Source: Microgenomates group bacterium (GTDB lineage Bacteria > Patescibacteriota > Microgenomatia > UBA1400 > MFAQ01). From it: a stretch of 51,417 nt of DNA. The notes under the pieces were generated by a model. That model was not told the origin of the DNA and did no database searches. It saw only the letters and a program-made list of their open reading frames with translations. Positions 1 through 8,674 of the stretch are shown here, one piece after another (the first letter of the stretch is position 1; each line of letters begins with the position of its first letter). A program made the position numbers and the translations under genes. The stretch is from contig JBAQNH010000001.1 in the NCBI GenBank assembly GCA_049303575.1, positions 1 through 51,417 of the forward strand. The letters are read 5' to 3'.

Positions 1-2233
1 CAACTCCTGTACCTGTTGTAGAGAGTATTTGACCGGCAGTTCCAGCACTACCGTTGTCCCTTAAAGCTCCGGTGAGATTAATATCTCCCGTTACATCTAG
101 CTTGTAGGCCGGATTAGTAAGGCCAATCCCAAAGTTACCAGTGTTAACAAAGGAGTTCTCTCCAGCCGTACCAGCTAGATGGACTAGAGCGGAGGCGGTA
201 GCAATGGCGCCAATATTGACAGAGTCGGTAATGTTTAAAGGAGCCAGAGATCCAGAGGTTCTTTGCCAGAGATTTCCGGAAACAGCGGAAATATCGACAC
301 AGGTAAGAGTGTCACCTATGGCTTGGATAGCTTGACCAGCAGGACAAGCAGAAGGATAGTTTTGGAGTTTAGTCCAGTCGAGTTCACTGATCTCGGCGTT
401 GTTTATTTCTCCATTGGGGAAGGAGACAGTACCTGAAGCTACCGTTAGTCCGGTGAGACCTGTAAGGGTGCCGGTAGCCGTGATATTACCATTGTTTGCA
501 ATGGTGAATTTAGTTGTACCTGAAGACGAGGCGGTAAAGATGTCTCCGGTACCATTTTGGTTGACGATTAAACCGGCATTAGCGAGAGTAGCGGAAGTGT
601 TGATGGCTGTTTGTCCGTTGGCGGCGACATAGAAACGATCGGTTTCGGTAGAACCTGAGGTAAGAGAGAGAAGTCTGCCTGTCGCGGTGTTGTTGCCGAT
701 ATAGCCGGAGATGAGGGCACCGGAAGTGAGATTGGCGTTTTCAATGCGTAAAAAATCGGTATTGGTTGTACCACCCAGCATTTGAATTTGACCACCACCT
801 AAAGCATCCGGCTGAAGAATGATGTCACCACCAGAGTTGGCAGTTGTGGTAAGGGTGAGAGCCTGACCATTTAAAGTGAATGTACCGGAAGTGGAGTTTA
901 TTGTTGGAGAAGTGGCAGCAATATTGATGTCGCCGTTGTTGTCGACAATGGGAACGGTATTGACAGTAGCGGAAGCAGAAGCGGGATACCCCTGGAGGGT
1001 TTCGGAGTTTAGGGCGTAACCGACGGTAGCAATTTGCTGACGGGGGGTAAGGGTCTCCGCTCCGACGATGACTTCCAAGAAGACGTCGCGATTTTCTGTG
1101 AAAACGGTGTTGGGAATTTCAGCACCACAAGTGCCACTACCAATTAAAGTATTAAAGATACCATTTGGGTCGGGGACAATGGGACAAATTCCGGAGGTAT
1201 ATAGTTGGGTGCCGGCAGTTAGATCATTCCAAAGTTTGAAGGTGACGTTGACGGAGGTAGTGATAGGGGTTCCGGAAGAGTCGGTCAGTCGGCCTTGGAA
1301 AGAGAGCTGACGTTTAGGAACTGTAGGTAAAGCAGCGGAACTAGGTGAAGCCTGTTTGATTATCTGGTTATACCCAAAAATGACCATTGCAGAGGTAGCC
1401 AGAACCAAGATAGCGAGGTGGAGATACGGCGTGAAGGGCAGAGAGTTGTATTTTTGATACAAGATACCAAGGCGGCTTCTTGAGCCTTTTTGGGAACCCT
1501 TGTTCTTGGACGAAGAAAATCTTTCGAACCAGGAGAGGGGGAGTAGCCGAGGTGTTTCGCGTTTGTACTCAAACGGATTGGTAGGTATATATTTTTGAAG
1601 AAAACAGTATTTAGTGAACTGTTTTATTGATGATTGACGACGATTTATGACAGATGTACTTGTATGACTGAGTTTGAGATAGGTTACATAGGTGTTTAGG
1701 TGACTTTCACTCAAGATGTTTTCTAAATTTTGGTCTAGGAAAGGAGTGTCGTTAGCACTCCAAGCAAAGAAATGATTAAGGTCGGAAACGTAGTTTTTAA
1801 TTGTAGAGTGGGTCTTTTTTTCTTTAAGTAGAAATATTTTGAATTGAGCAATAATTTTTTTAATTGTCGGCAAAGATTCACTATCGTCTTCTGGAGCATC
1901 TTTTGAGGAAGAGGAGACTCCGGAAACTAGGCCATATTTAGCCTCGAGGAAGGTAGAAAAACGTCTAATTGAAGCTAAACGACGGTTAATGGTGTTCTGA
2001 GGAGTCATGCTTCTTTTCTGATCTAGGAGATAAGAATTGAGATAGTTTGAAATACTTTGAAATATTTCTTGAACGGTTGGAGGGTTATCTTGAGGGGAAA
2101 TAGAAGTCGAGTATGAAAAGAAATGACGAAGATCGGAGAGATAGTTTTTGATGGATACTGCAGAGAGCCCAGCCTCAGACAAGAACCCCGAGAAGAGTGT
2201 TTGGAGTTCTAGTTGATTAGGCAGGGAAGTCAT
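1..2233 (-). CDS. Giant membrane-anchored surface protein, N-terminal part only (continues past window start). It has tandem recombinase-type SAM-like/core-binding domains, one TM helix, then Gly/Thr/Asn-rich beta-helix or tail-fibre-like repeats.
   Basis: Missing from the ORF track because no stop lies inside the window. Manual minus-strand translation from ATG 2233 (in-frame TAA at 2236-2234 upstream) stays open to base 1. The N-terminus reads MTSLPNQLELQTLFSGFLSEAGLSAVSIKNYLSDLRHFF..TINRRLASIRRFSTFL. A second copy reads STIKNYVSDLNHFFAW..SVINRRQSSIKQFTKYC. The TM helix is LHLAILVLATSAMVIFGY, followed by repeats such as TFTLNGQALTLTTTANSGGDIILQP and NITATGTLTGLTGLTVASGTV. Confidence 0.8.
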   Translation of the reverse strand, partial: MTSLPNQLELQTLFSGFLSEAGLSAVSIKNYLSDLRHFFSYSTSISPQDNPPTVQEIFQSISNYLNSYLLDQKRSMTPQNTINRRLASIRRFSTFLEAKYGLVSGVSSSSKDAPEDDSESLPTIKKIIAQFKIFLLKEKKTHSTIKNYVSDLNHFFAWSANDTPFLDQNLENILSESHLNTYVTYLKLSHTSTSVINRRQSSIKQFTKYCFLQKYIPTNPFEYKRETPRLLPLSWFERFSSSKNKGSQKGSRSRLGILYQKYNSLPFTPYLHLAILVLATSAMVIFGYNQIIKQASPSSAALPTVPKRQLSFQGRLTDSSGTPITTSVNVTFKLWNDLTAGTQLYTSGICPIVPDPNGIFNTLIGSGTCGAEIPNTVFTENRDVFLEVIVGAETLTPRQQIATVGYALNSETLQGYPASASATVNTVPIVDNNGDINIAATSPTINSTSGTFTLNGQALTLTTTANSGGDIILQPDALGGGQIQMLGGTTNTDFLRIENANLTSGALISGYIGNNTATGRLLSLTSGSTETDRFYVAANGQTAINTSATLANAGLIVNQNGTGDIFTASSSGTTKFTIANNGNITATGTLTGLTGLTVASGTVSFPNGEINNAEISELDWTKLQNYPSACPAGQAIQAIGDTLTCVDISAVSGNLWQRTSGSLAPLNITDSVNIGAIATASALVHLAGTAGENSFVNTGNFGIGLTNPAYKLDVTGDINLTGALRDNGSAGTAGQILSTTGTGV

Positions 2234-2371
2234 TTATTTTGTGGCTATTACTAGAAGAAAAATAACAGGGAGAACAAAGATAATTCCCGCAGTCAAAATC
2301 TCAGTTAGAGATACCTTTGAACTGACGGAGTTACTCTCCCAGCTTTGTTGTGAATAGTCATTTATTAACAT
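2234..2371 (-). CDS. Candidate 45-aa tail-anchored small membrane protein, translationally coupled to the giant gene
   Basis: Manual read from ATG 2371: MLINDYSQQSWESNSVSSKVSLTEILTAGIIFVLPVIFLLVIATK. Its TAA stop overlaps the ATG of the downstream gene (TAAATG). There is no obvious SD, and it is below the ORF-track size cut-off. Confidence 0.3.
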   Translation of the reverse strand: MLINDYSQQSWESNSVSSKVSLTEILTAGIIFVLPVIFLLVIATK

Positions 2372-2809
2372 TTTAAAAGAGGTTGTTGATAACTGGTGTT
2401 TAGGTTCACATTAGACGATATTAGACGTCTATATACTAATATAATAAGGGGAGAGAGGGAAGTCAAGTCAGAGAATGAGCGACGAGTGAAGAGTCGGTAA
2501 AGATTGAAAGACTACGCGGTAAATATAAGGAAAAGCGAGTATTGAGGAAACCTAACTGATAATAGCTAATTTATTACCGCAGATATGTGCGTTTATATAT
2601 TTTCATATGCGTTAATTAAGGCTATTTATATATTATTATATGCGGATATATGTAATAGGCATAATTTTACACGACTGTATTGATATGATGTTTATAGCAC
2701 GATAATGATATCATGTGATATTGTCTGCGGAAATTGTTGATATAGTTCACCTTTAAACCTAAGGGTACCGAACAAACCCGAAGTCGAACTAGGTGGAGTA
2801 TGAGGACGA

Positions 2810-4348
2810 TTATTTGGAAAGCTTGGGATAAAGATATTCGGAATACGTGAGCTGAACGGAGAGATAAAGATAGATAAAGAAGGAGTAACTTTGTTGAGTA
2901 ATAAAGGCAATGACTGATGTAGCACAAGCAACAATGAGAGGTAATGAACGAAGATTCAACAAGAGCTTTCGGAGACGATTTGGGTGGATTTTAGGGTCTT
3001 CGGGGAGTGGAAAAAGACAGATAAGTGGAAGAAGTGGGCCGTTGACGATGACGTTTTTCCAGTAACGGTTGGTGGCGGTAATTTTTACAAATATTTTTGG
3101 GAGTAATGGAGAAGTAAGATGATAAAAACCTTTGATGTCTGAAATTTTTGTCTGCCACGACGAGTCCATTTTTTCCGGGTCATACATATCAAGAGTGGCG
3201 AAGGGAACTGTTTGATATTCTTTTTTACCAAAAAAGGGGAAGAGTAAAACGAAGATAAAACGGAAGATCAGTGCGAGTCTAATTTTGGCGCCGTACATAG
3301 TCATTAAAAGATGAAGAGGAAGACCAATGACTAAAAGAAGCATGAACCAGAGATTAGAGGTAATTAGTGGGGGTTTGGGAACCAAGGTGGGGTTGAGTGG
3401 AGGTGTGGGTGAGATGGGTGGAACGGGAATAAAAGGGGTAGGCATTATCTCTACCTCCGGGGTGATGATGGGTGTAACTTCCGGAGAAACGGATGTTGTC
3501 GGCACGGGGGTGATGATGGCTAAGGGTGTTGGAGAAACGATGCCGTAGGCGAGATAGAACTCGGGAAAGATAGTGGAGTTGCCGCCAGCGTCTGTTGCGG
3601 AGAGATAAACGGTGTAAACAAGGCCGCGAATGAGTCCGTAAAACCGGTGCTGCCAATTTCCGGTAGGATAGTTTCCTTGATATATCTGATTAGTACAATT
3701 AAGTATATTTTGTGGGCACATCAGGATAAACTGCATATTAGAATATGGTTCAACCGAGCCGGTGAGAAGAGGGTTGGCAGTTGTTACGGTGAGATCTCTT
3801 TGGTTGATATCGGGAATGGTGAAGATTTCCGTAGTACTCCAGTTAAGAGTTTGACGATCGACCTTTTTAAGGGTAATGAAAGGATCGATTGAGTCGACAT
3901 AAAAGGTTCTGGTTTCTGAGGATGCGCTGGTACCGGCATTAGTGTAGGCAACGACTTTCCAGGTGTGATATCCCTGGGCAAAATCAAAATTAGTTTCAAG
4001 ATAAAAAATGTCGTTGTCACGTCGGATGGTGTAATAGTAATAAACCTGAGAAGTAATACTGTCGCTAACCGAAGCAGCAAATACTTGACCATCCAGATAG
4101 ACGTCGTAGTGGTGCAGAGGAGTGGCGGGTAAAGGAGAGGGACGTTTCCAAACAAGAGCTTCTCGTGTATTGTTGGTAGTGGAGTTGTCGCCAGGAGAGA
4201 TTAGGGTAGGAGGGTTGAATATCTGAGAAATTATCTCGGCAGTTACTGCAGCAGAACCGGTAAGGTAGGGATCTATGGCGAAAGCAGATTTAACTGAGAC
4301 GAGTAGTAGGATGGCAGAAAGTAAAAGTTTGGTGGCAGTTCTCCTCAC
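2810..4348 (-). CDS. Secreted/membrane protein with signal peptide, beta-rich ectodomain, Pro/Thr-rich stalk and C-terminal polytopic membrane region. Last gene of the five-gene surface operon.
   Basis: 512-aa ORF. Signal peptide MRRTATKLLLSAILLLVSVKSAFA/ID. Pro-rich stretch PTPLAIITPVPTTSVSPEVTPIITPEVEIMPTPFIPVPPISPTPPLNPTLVPKPP. Hydrophobic helices follow (NLWFMLLLVIGLPLHLLMTMY, LALIFRFIFVLLFPFF, SLPLIVACATSVIAFI). It lies 18 nt downstream of the preceding gene. Confidence 0.75.
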   Translation of the reverse strand: MRRTATKLLLSAILLLVSVKSAFAIDPYLTGSAAVTAEIISQIFNPPTLISPGDNSTTNNTREALVWKRPSPLPATPLHHYDVYLDGQVFAASVSDSITSQVYYYYTIRRDNDIFYLETNFDFAQGYHTWKVVAYTNAGTSASSETRTFYVDSIDPFITLKKVDRQTLNWSTTEIFTIPDINQRDLTVTTANPLLTGSVEPYSNMQFILMCPQNILNCTNQIYQGNYPTGNWQHRFYGLIRGLVYTVYLSATDAGGNSTIFPEFYLAYGIVSPTPLAIITPVPTTSVSPEVTPIITPEVEIMPTPFIPVPPISPTPPLNPTLVPKPPLITSNLWFMLLLVIGLPLHLLMTMYGAKIRLALIFRFIFVLLFPFFGKKEYQTVPFATLDMYDPEKMDSSWQTKISDIKGFYHLTSPLLPKIFVKITATNRYWKNVIVNGPLLPLICLFPLPEDPKIHPNRLRKLLLNLRSLPLIVACATSVIAFITQQSYSFFIYLYLSVQLTYSEYLYPKLSK

Positions 4349-4366
4349 TAATCCAGTATATCTCTC

Positions 4367-5332
4367 TTAAAAACTTTCGGTACTTTGGAGCTCTTCTTTT
4401 AGTTCTTGAACTTCTTTTTCAAGTTCTGATTGGTGTTTCTTACTACGCTTGTTGAGGATGATAATGATAGTTAAGATAGAGACAAGAACAATAAGAGAGT
4501 AGATTACCAAACGAATGGGGAAGAGCCAAAAGAAAAGAGTGGCGGTCATGAGAGAACCGGCGGTGCCATAAGCAAGACTTAGGTCGGCTTTGTAGCGTCC
4601 CCAACCCCATTTTTGATTCCAAACTGCGGTGAAGTCTCTTTGAGTTTCAGGAAAAATGTTACCAGCGTCGACTTTGACTTCGGCAATCTTGGAATTAAGA
4701 GGATCGCTGATGGTGATAGTTCCTTTAGGGTTGACGTGAATATCAGACAAACTTTCAATTGACCCGGTGAATTCAACAGGTCCTTTTTCTGTAAATTTAG
4801 GAACAGAAAATTTGGTGATACTAGCCTTTTCAGTTACCGGTCCGCTGACAGTGACGTAGATGAGGGTACCGACGCGTGAGGTGATGACGTTGCCAGTTTG
4901 TTTGAGGTCACCAGCTTTGGCCTCTGCATTTGGGGTGTAGGTAATCATGGCGTAGTGACCACCAGGGAGAGCCGTCATGGGGATATTGATATTGATATTG
5001 ATTATTTGTATGCCTCCGGCATCGACAGGGATGTTTTTCGGTGCCGTAATCCAGTTGGCAAGAGACCAGCGATTGCTGAGTTTGGTGGAGATGGGAAGAG
5101 GGGTTCCTTTGCTGTCAACGACGATGAAGTCTTCGACCGAAACGGTAAAATTTTCGGTATTGGCAGAATCATTACGAAGTTTTAAGGTAGCAGTTAGTGT
5201 CTGTCCGGGGTCGCCTCGAAGCTCAACCTTAGGAGGAATGGCGGTCATAATCATTTGGGCAGCGACAGGGGGTACAAATGAAAGAACGGCGAATAAAGAG
5301 GCGATAGTGAGGAGGATTTTGGTTTTGTTCAT
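4367..5332 (-). CDS. Cell-surface protein with WxL-interacting-protein-like (DUF916/DUF3324-type) architecture: signal peptide, beta-rich ectodomain, C-terminal TM anchor and charged tail
   Basis: 321-aa ORF. Signal peptide ..FVPPVAA/QM. First strand IPPKVELRGDPGQTLTATLKLRNDSANTENFTV. C-terminal TM LFFWLFPIRLVIYSLIVLVSILTIIIIL, then NKRSKKHQSELEKEVQELKEE. Paralogous in layout to 6806-7774. Confidence 0.75.
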   Translation of the reverse strand: MNKTKILLTIASLFAVLSFVPPVAAQMIMTAIPPKVELRGDPGQTLTATLKLRNDSANTENFTVSVEDFIVVDSKGTPLPISTKLSNRWSLANWITAPKNIPVDAGGIQIINININIPMTALPGGHYAMITYTPNAEAKAGDLKQTGNVITSRVGTLIYVTVSGPVTEKASITKFSVPKFTEKGPVEFTGSIESLSDIHVNPKGTITISDPLNSKIAEVKVDAGNIFPETQRDFTAVWNQKWGWGRYKADLSLAYGTAGSLMTATLFFWLFPIRLVIYSLIVLVSILTIIIILNKRSKKHQSELEKEVQELKEELQSTESF

Positions 5333-5356
5333 TTGGGCAGGTGGATTTGTTTATAT

Positions 5357-6769
5357 TTAGAAGGAGGCGGTAGCAGTATAAGTAATTTGGTTTTCATAGT
5401 TTCCTGCTGGCTGGGTGGCATCAACGGAAAGTTTGTAACAAACATGTGCCTGTTGACTGCTGGCAATGGTGGCATTGGACATTATTTGAAAGGGTGATTC
5501 GGTGTCTGCCAGACTGGGGAAGTGTTGATAGTTGGGGGCAGTAGGGGCAATTGTAGGAGCGTTGGCGACAACAGCGACGGTGTAACCAAAACCAGCGTTG
5601 TTGGAGGCCGTTGCCCAGGTGTCTGGAGTATCGAAGTCGCATAAATTATTATCGCAAGTGGTGTCTGGGATGTATGAGGGTGAAACAGCCAGATTACTGA
5701 GCTGAGAATTTTCAATTGCGGTAACGACATAACCACTAACAGCATTGGTGGAGACGGTAAGAAGCTGAGCGGCGGCTTTGAAAGTCTCAAGAGCCATTAC
5801 TCCAAAAGGAACCGAAGCATTGGTGGTGGTAACGTTCGTGGTTAAACTACAGGCAGACGCGCCGGAGTTGACGCCCTCAATTTTGAAAGTAATACTAGGG
5901 TCGACGGTTGCGGTAACGCGGACAGACTCGATGACAGCCACTTTACCAGTGACATCATCGGTCGGGGTGGCGCTATTTGGATCGGAAGCGTTAGTAAAGT
6001 TTTGGATTTTGAAAGTGTAAGCATCGGCGGTGTTGGCAACTCTTGTAGCTGAAGGGGCGGGGGCAATAATATTGGCGGAGCCAGCTGTATCTCCGATGGA
6101 GAGGCTAATATCGGTTCCGATTCCTCCGGCACCGATATAGTGATACTCAAAACAGTGATAGTTTGCCGGTGAGGTACAACCCGTACCACCGGATGCCGTA
6201 GCAACACCTGCCGAAAAAGTATAACCGGTGGCGTTGGTACCGGCTGCTGCTGGAGTACCGTTGAAGTCAAAACCGGTAATGTCAGGAATACTATTGTTGG
6301 CGGTTGCCGGAGTTGAGTCGGCCGGAATCAAGACTCGGAAAAATCCAGCGGAGACGGCGGAGGCGGTTTTAAAAGTGATGACGTGTTGAGGAAGAGATTT
6401 GAAGTAGATAACATCGGTATCATCAGCATCACCGGCAGCGAGGACGGTGGTGGTGGTGAATTCGTCTTCATCAATGATGGAGGCAATAGTGTAAGAGTTT
6501 GTGCCACCGATAACGAGTGAGTCACCAGGTTTGAGTCCGGCGGTGGAGATAGAGGTAAATACGGTTGCGGCGGAGGTGTAGATCCAGACATGGGTACTGC
6601 CAGCGACGGTTGGGGCCTTAACACGGCCGGAAAAAGACATACGAGAGTTTTGGAGGGTGTCTTTGGCCACAGTAAGGTTAGCGGCGAGGGAGAAAGAAGG
6701 ATAAAAGAGAGAAGATATCAGGACCAGTGTTAACGCAAAAAAAAGTTGCAGGACGTGTCTATTTTTCAT
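5357..6769 (-). CDS. Secreted surface subunit (470 aa). It shares a C-terminal domain with the 244-aa protein and ends in an AGNYENQITYTATASF strand.
   Basis: Signal peptide ..YPSFSLA/AN, Thr/Ala/Gly-rich, no TM. The C-terminal region ..NAVSGYVVTAIENSQL..IPDTTCDNNLCD..NAGFGYTV..VCYKLSVDATQPAGNYENQITYTATASF aligns by eye with 7775-8509. Confidence 0.75.
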   Translation of the reverse strand: MKNRHVLQLFFALTLVLISSLFYPSFSLAANLTVAKDTLQNSRMSFSGRVKAPTVAGSTHVWIYTSAATVFTSISTAGLKPGDSLVIGGTNSYTIASIIDEDEFTTTTVLAAGDADDTDVIYFKSLPQHVITFKTASAVSAGFFRVLIPADSTPATANNSIPDITGFDFNGTPAAAGTNATGYTFSAGVATASGGTGCTSPANYHCFEYHYIGAGGIGTDISLSIGDTAGSANIIAPAPSATRVANTADAYTFKIQNFTNASDPNSATPTDDVTGKVAVIESVRVTATVDPSITFKIEGVNSGASACSLTTNVTTTNASVPFGVMALETFKAAAQLLTVSTNAVSGYVVTAIENSQLSNLAVSPSYIPDTTCDNNLCDFDTPDTWATASNNAGFGYTVAVVANAPTIAPTAPNYQHFPSLADTESPFQIMSNATIASSQQAHVCYKLSVDATQPAGNYENQITYTATASF

Positions 6770-6805
6770 AATCTAAATTAAATATGTCATTGACCTTGAT
6801 ACGTG

Positions 6806-7774
6806 TCAAGTAGATCTTGCTGATGTTTTTGAGGTAATTTTTATTATGGAAATGATGATAAGGAGAGAGACGAGAAGTCCAAGACCAAGTTTGAGTGGGA
6901 GAAAGATAATATTAATAGTACTAGTGGTATTGGAGTTATCGGTTTTGATTTCCAGTGATAGTTGATGAGGTCCAATATTACCCAGGGAGGGTAAAAATTC
7001 AAAGTTGTCGCCATTGGTGTTTAGAAGTTGCCTTTGAGATTTGGCGATGACGTTTGTCGGAAGAATACCTTCGAGATATACAGGCTTGTTTTTTCCAGAA
7101 ACGACTCGGAAAACACCCTTTGTTTCGGCGACGAAACTGCCCTCGTTACTTACGGTAGCGGTAAATTTGAGTGGGGTAATACTGTCCGCAAAGTAAAGGT
7201 TACCAATTTTTATAACCGCACCTTTGGCTGGGTAGAAACCTTCAATTCTGAGAATAGTATCCGGATATGCTTGGGAGCTGATAGTGATCAGCAGGTTGGA
7301 ACCAATGGTGGCACGAAGTGCAGAACCCTGGAAGGTTTGATCAATGGAGTTTTCGTAAGTAGAGACGATCAAGGTGACATAAATATCTTTTAAGGGGGCT
7401 GTTTCGGGGACAGAAAGACTAAGAATTAATTGTTCTGAGGATCCAGCGGGGATAGAGAACGGCTTGTTAAATTTTATTTCGGAGTTAGCTAGGCTAAAGT
7501 AGTTTAACCAAGGAGCGGTGACCTTGGGATCAAGAACTGGGTTGCCGAAGTTGTCCGATTCGGTGAAGGGAACAATGGCGGCGACTAAAGTTTTGTCATT
7601 ATTACTGAGGTTTTCTATTTTATAAACCTGAGTAATTGATTTTCCGGGTTTGATATGAACGCGAAGAAGAGGTGGGGAGATGGACATACCATAGTTGGCG
7701 GCAGAAACATGTTTGGGCAGCAAAATAGCAAAGGTAATTAAACAAAGGATGATGATAAATATTCTTTTTGTCAT
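6806..7774 (-). CDS. Cell-surface protein with WxL-interacting-protein-like / chaperone-like architecture (signal peptide, beta-rich domains, C-terminal TM anchor)
   Basis: 322-aa ORF. Signal peptide ..LPKHVSA/AN. First strand MSISPPLLRVHIKPGKSITQVYKIENLSNNDKTLVAAIVPF. C-terminal TM LGLGLLVSLLIIISII, then KITSKTSARST. Its start abuts the stop of the upstream gene (7775/7774). Confidence 0.75.
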   Translation of the reverse strand: MTKRIFIIILCLITFAILLPKHVSAANYGMSISPPLLRVHIKPGKSITQVYKIENLSNNDKTLVAAIVPFTESDNFGNPVLDPKVTAPWLNYFSLANSEIKFNKPFSIPAGSSEQLILSLSVPETAPLKDIYVTLIVSTYENSIDQTFQGSALRATIGSNLLITISSQAYPDTILRIEGFYPAKGAVIKIGNLYFADSITPLKFTATVSNEGSFVAETKGVFRVVSGKNKPVYLEGILPTNVIAKSQRQLLNTNGDNFEFLPSLGNIGPHQLSLEIKTDNSNTTSTINIIFLPLKLGLGLLVSLLIIISIIKITSKTSARST

Positions 7775-8509
7775 TTAAAAAGCAGGAATAGCAATGAACT
7801 GAATGGCATTTTGATAAGTGCCAGCTGCTTGTGAGCCACTGATGTTAATTTTGTAAGTGACTGTCGCGGCCGAGGAGGTAGCAATACCGCCCTTGGACAT
7901 AACAATAGCCGGCTGGTCGATGTTTTCGACCGGAAAAGGACGATAGTAGGTGGAGTTTATGAAGTCGGTGGTGTTGACGTCGGCTCCGGACATGTTGTAG
8001 CCAAAGCCAAAACGGGTATTATCGCTCCAAACATTGGCATCTGCCTGCAAACAGGGTGTTGCCAGATCACACGATGTATCGGGAATGGTGGTAACACCGT
8101 CACTCCTTCGGAGAGGATGATCTTCGATGGCTTTGACGGCGTAGCCAAAAGCACTACCTGTCGTAACAGTAAGAGTGTTTGACAGGAGACTGGGGATGCC
8201 CGGGACGAGACTACCGAAGTTGATGTCGAGATCCGAGATCTTGAAAGAAAAAGGGATGAGGGTATTAATATATTGGAAACCGGCGAGGATGACGTATCCG
8301 GCAGAGTTGAACTGACCCTGAAAGGTTTGACCAACAGTATCGGTAAGTTTGTAAGTAGTTGAGGATTTGGCACCGCCAGTAATATTGATAGTGCTCATTT
8401 GGATTTCAAAAGTGGGTGACTTAAGGTCATCCGCATAGACCAGGGAAGTTTCAACTATCGGGAAAAATATTGAGAAAAAAAACAGGGTTATGGGGTATAT
8501 TACTTTCAT
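7775..8509 (-). CDS. Secreted small surface subunit (244 aa) ending in AGTYQNAIQFIAIPAF. First gene of the surface operon.
   Basis: Signal peptide ..VETSLVYA/DD, no TM. The domain ..SAFGYAVKAIEDHPL..IPDTSCDLATPC..RFGFGYNM..VTYKINISGSQAAGTYQNAIQFIAIPAF is shared with the C-terminus of 5357-6769. Confidence 0.75.
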   Translation of the reverse strand: MKVIYPITLFFFSIFFPIVETSLVYADDLKSPTFEIQMSTINITGGAKSSTTYKLTDTVGQTFQGQFNSAGYVILAGFQYINTLIPFSFKISDLDINFGSLVPGIPSLLSNTLTVTTGSAFGYAVKAIEDHPLRRSDGVTTIPDTSCDLATPCLQADANVWSDNTRFGFGYNMSGADVNTTDFINSTYYRPFPVENIDQPAIVMSKGGIATSSAATVTYKINISGSQAAGTYQNAIQFIAIPAF

Positions 8510-8674
8510 TTTGGAGTCTAATTAGAAGTTTTTGATTGTTGTTGATGAGATTTTTAGGAGTGAGTTGTCTAACATTGATGTAGTTCTTTACTATTGGTTG
8601 GTTATGGGTGATATAGTTTGGTTTTGTGCTTGAGAGGAGGAAGTTTACCCGAAACAATTAGACAGTTATTTAAT

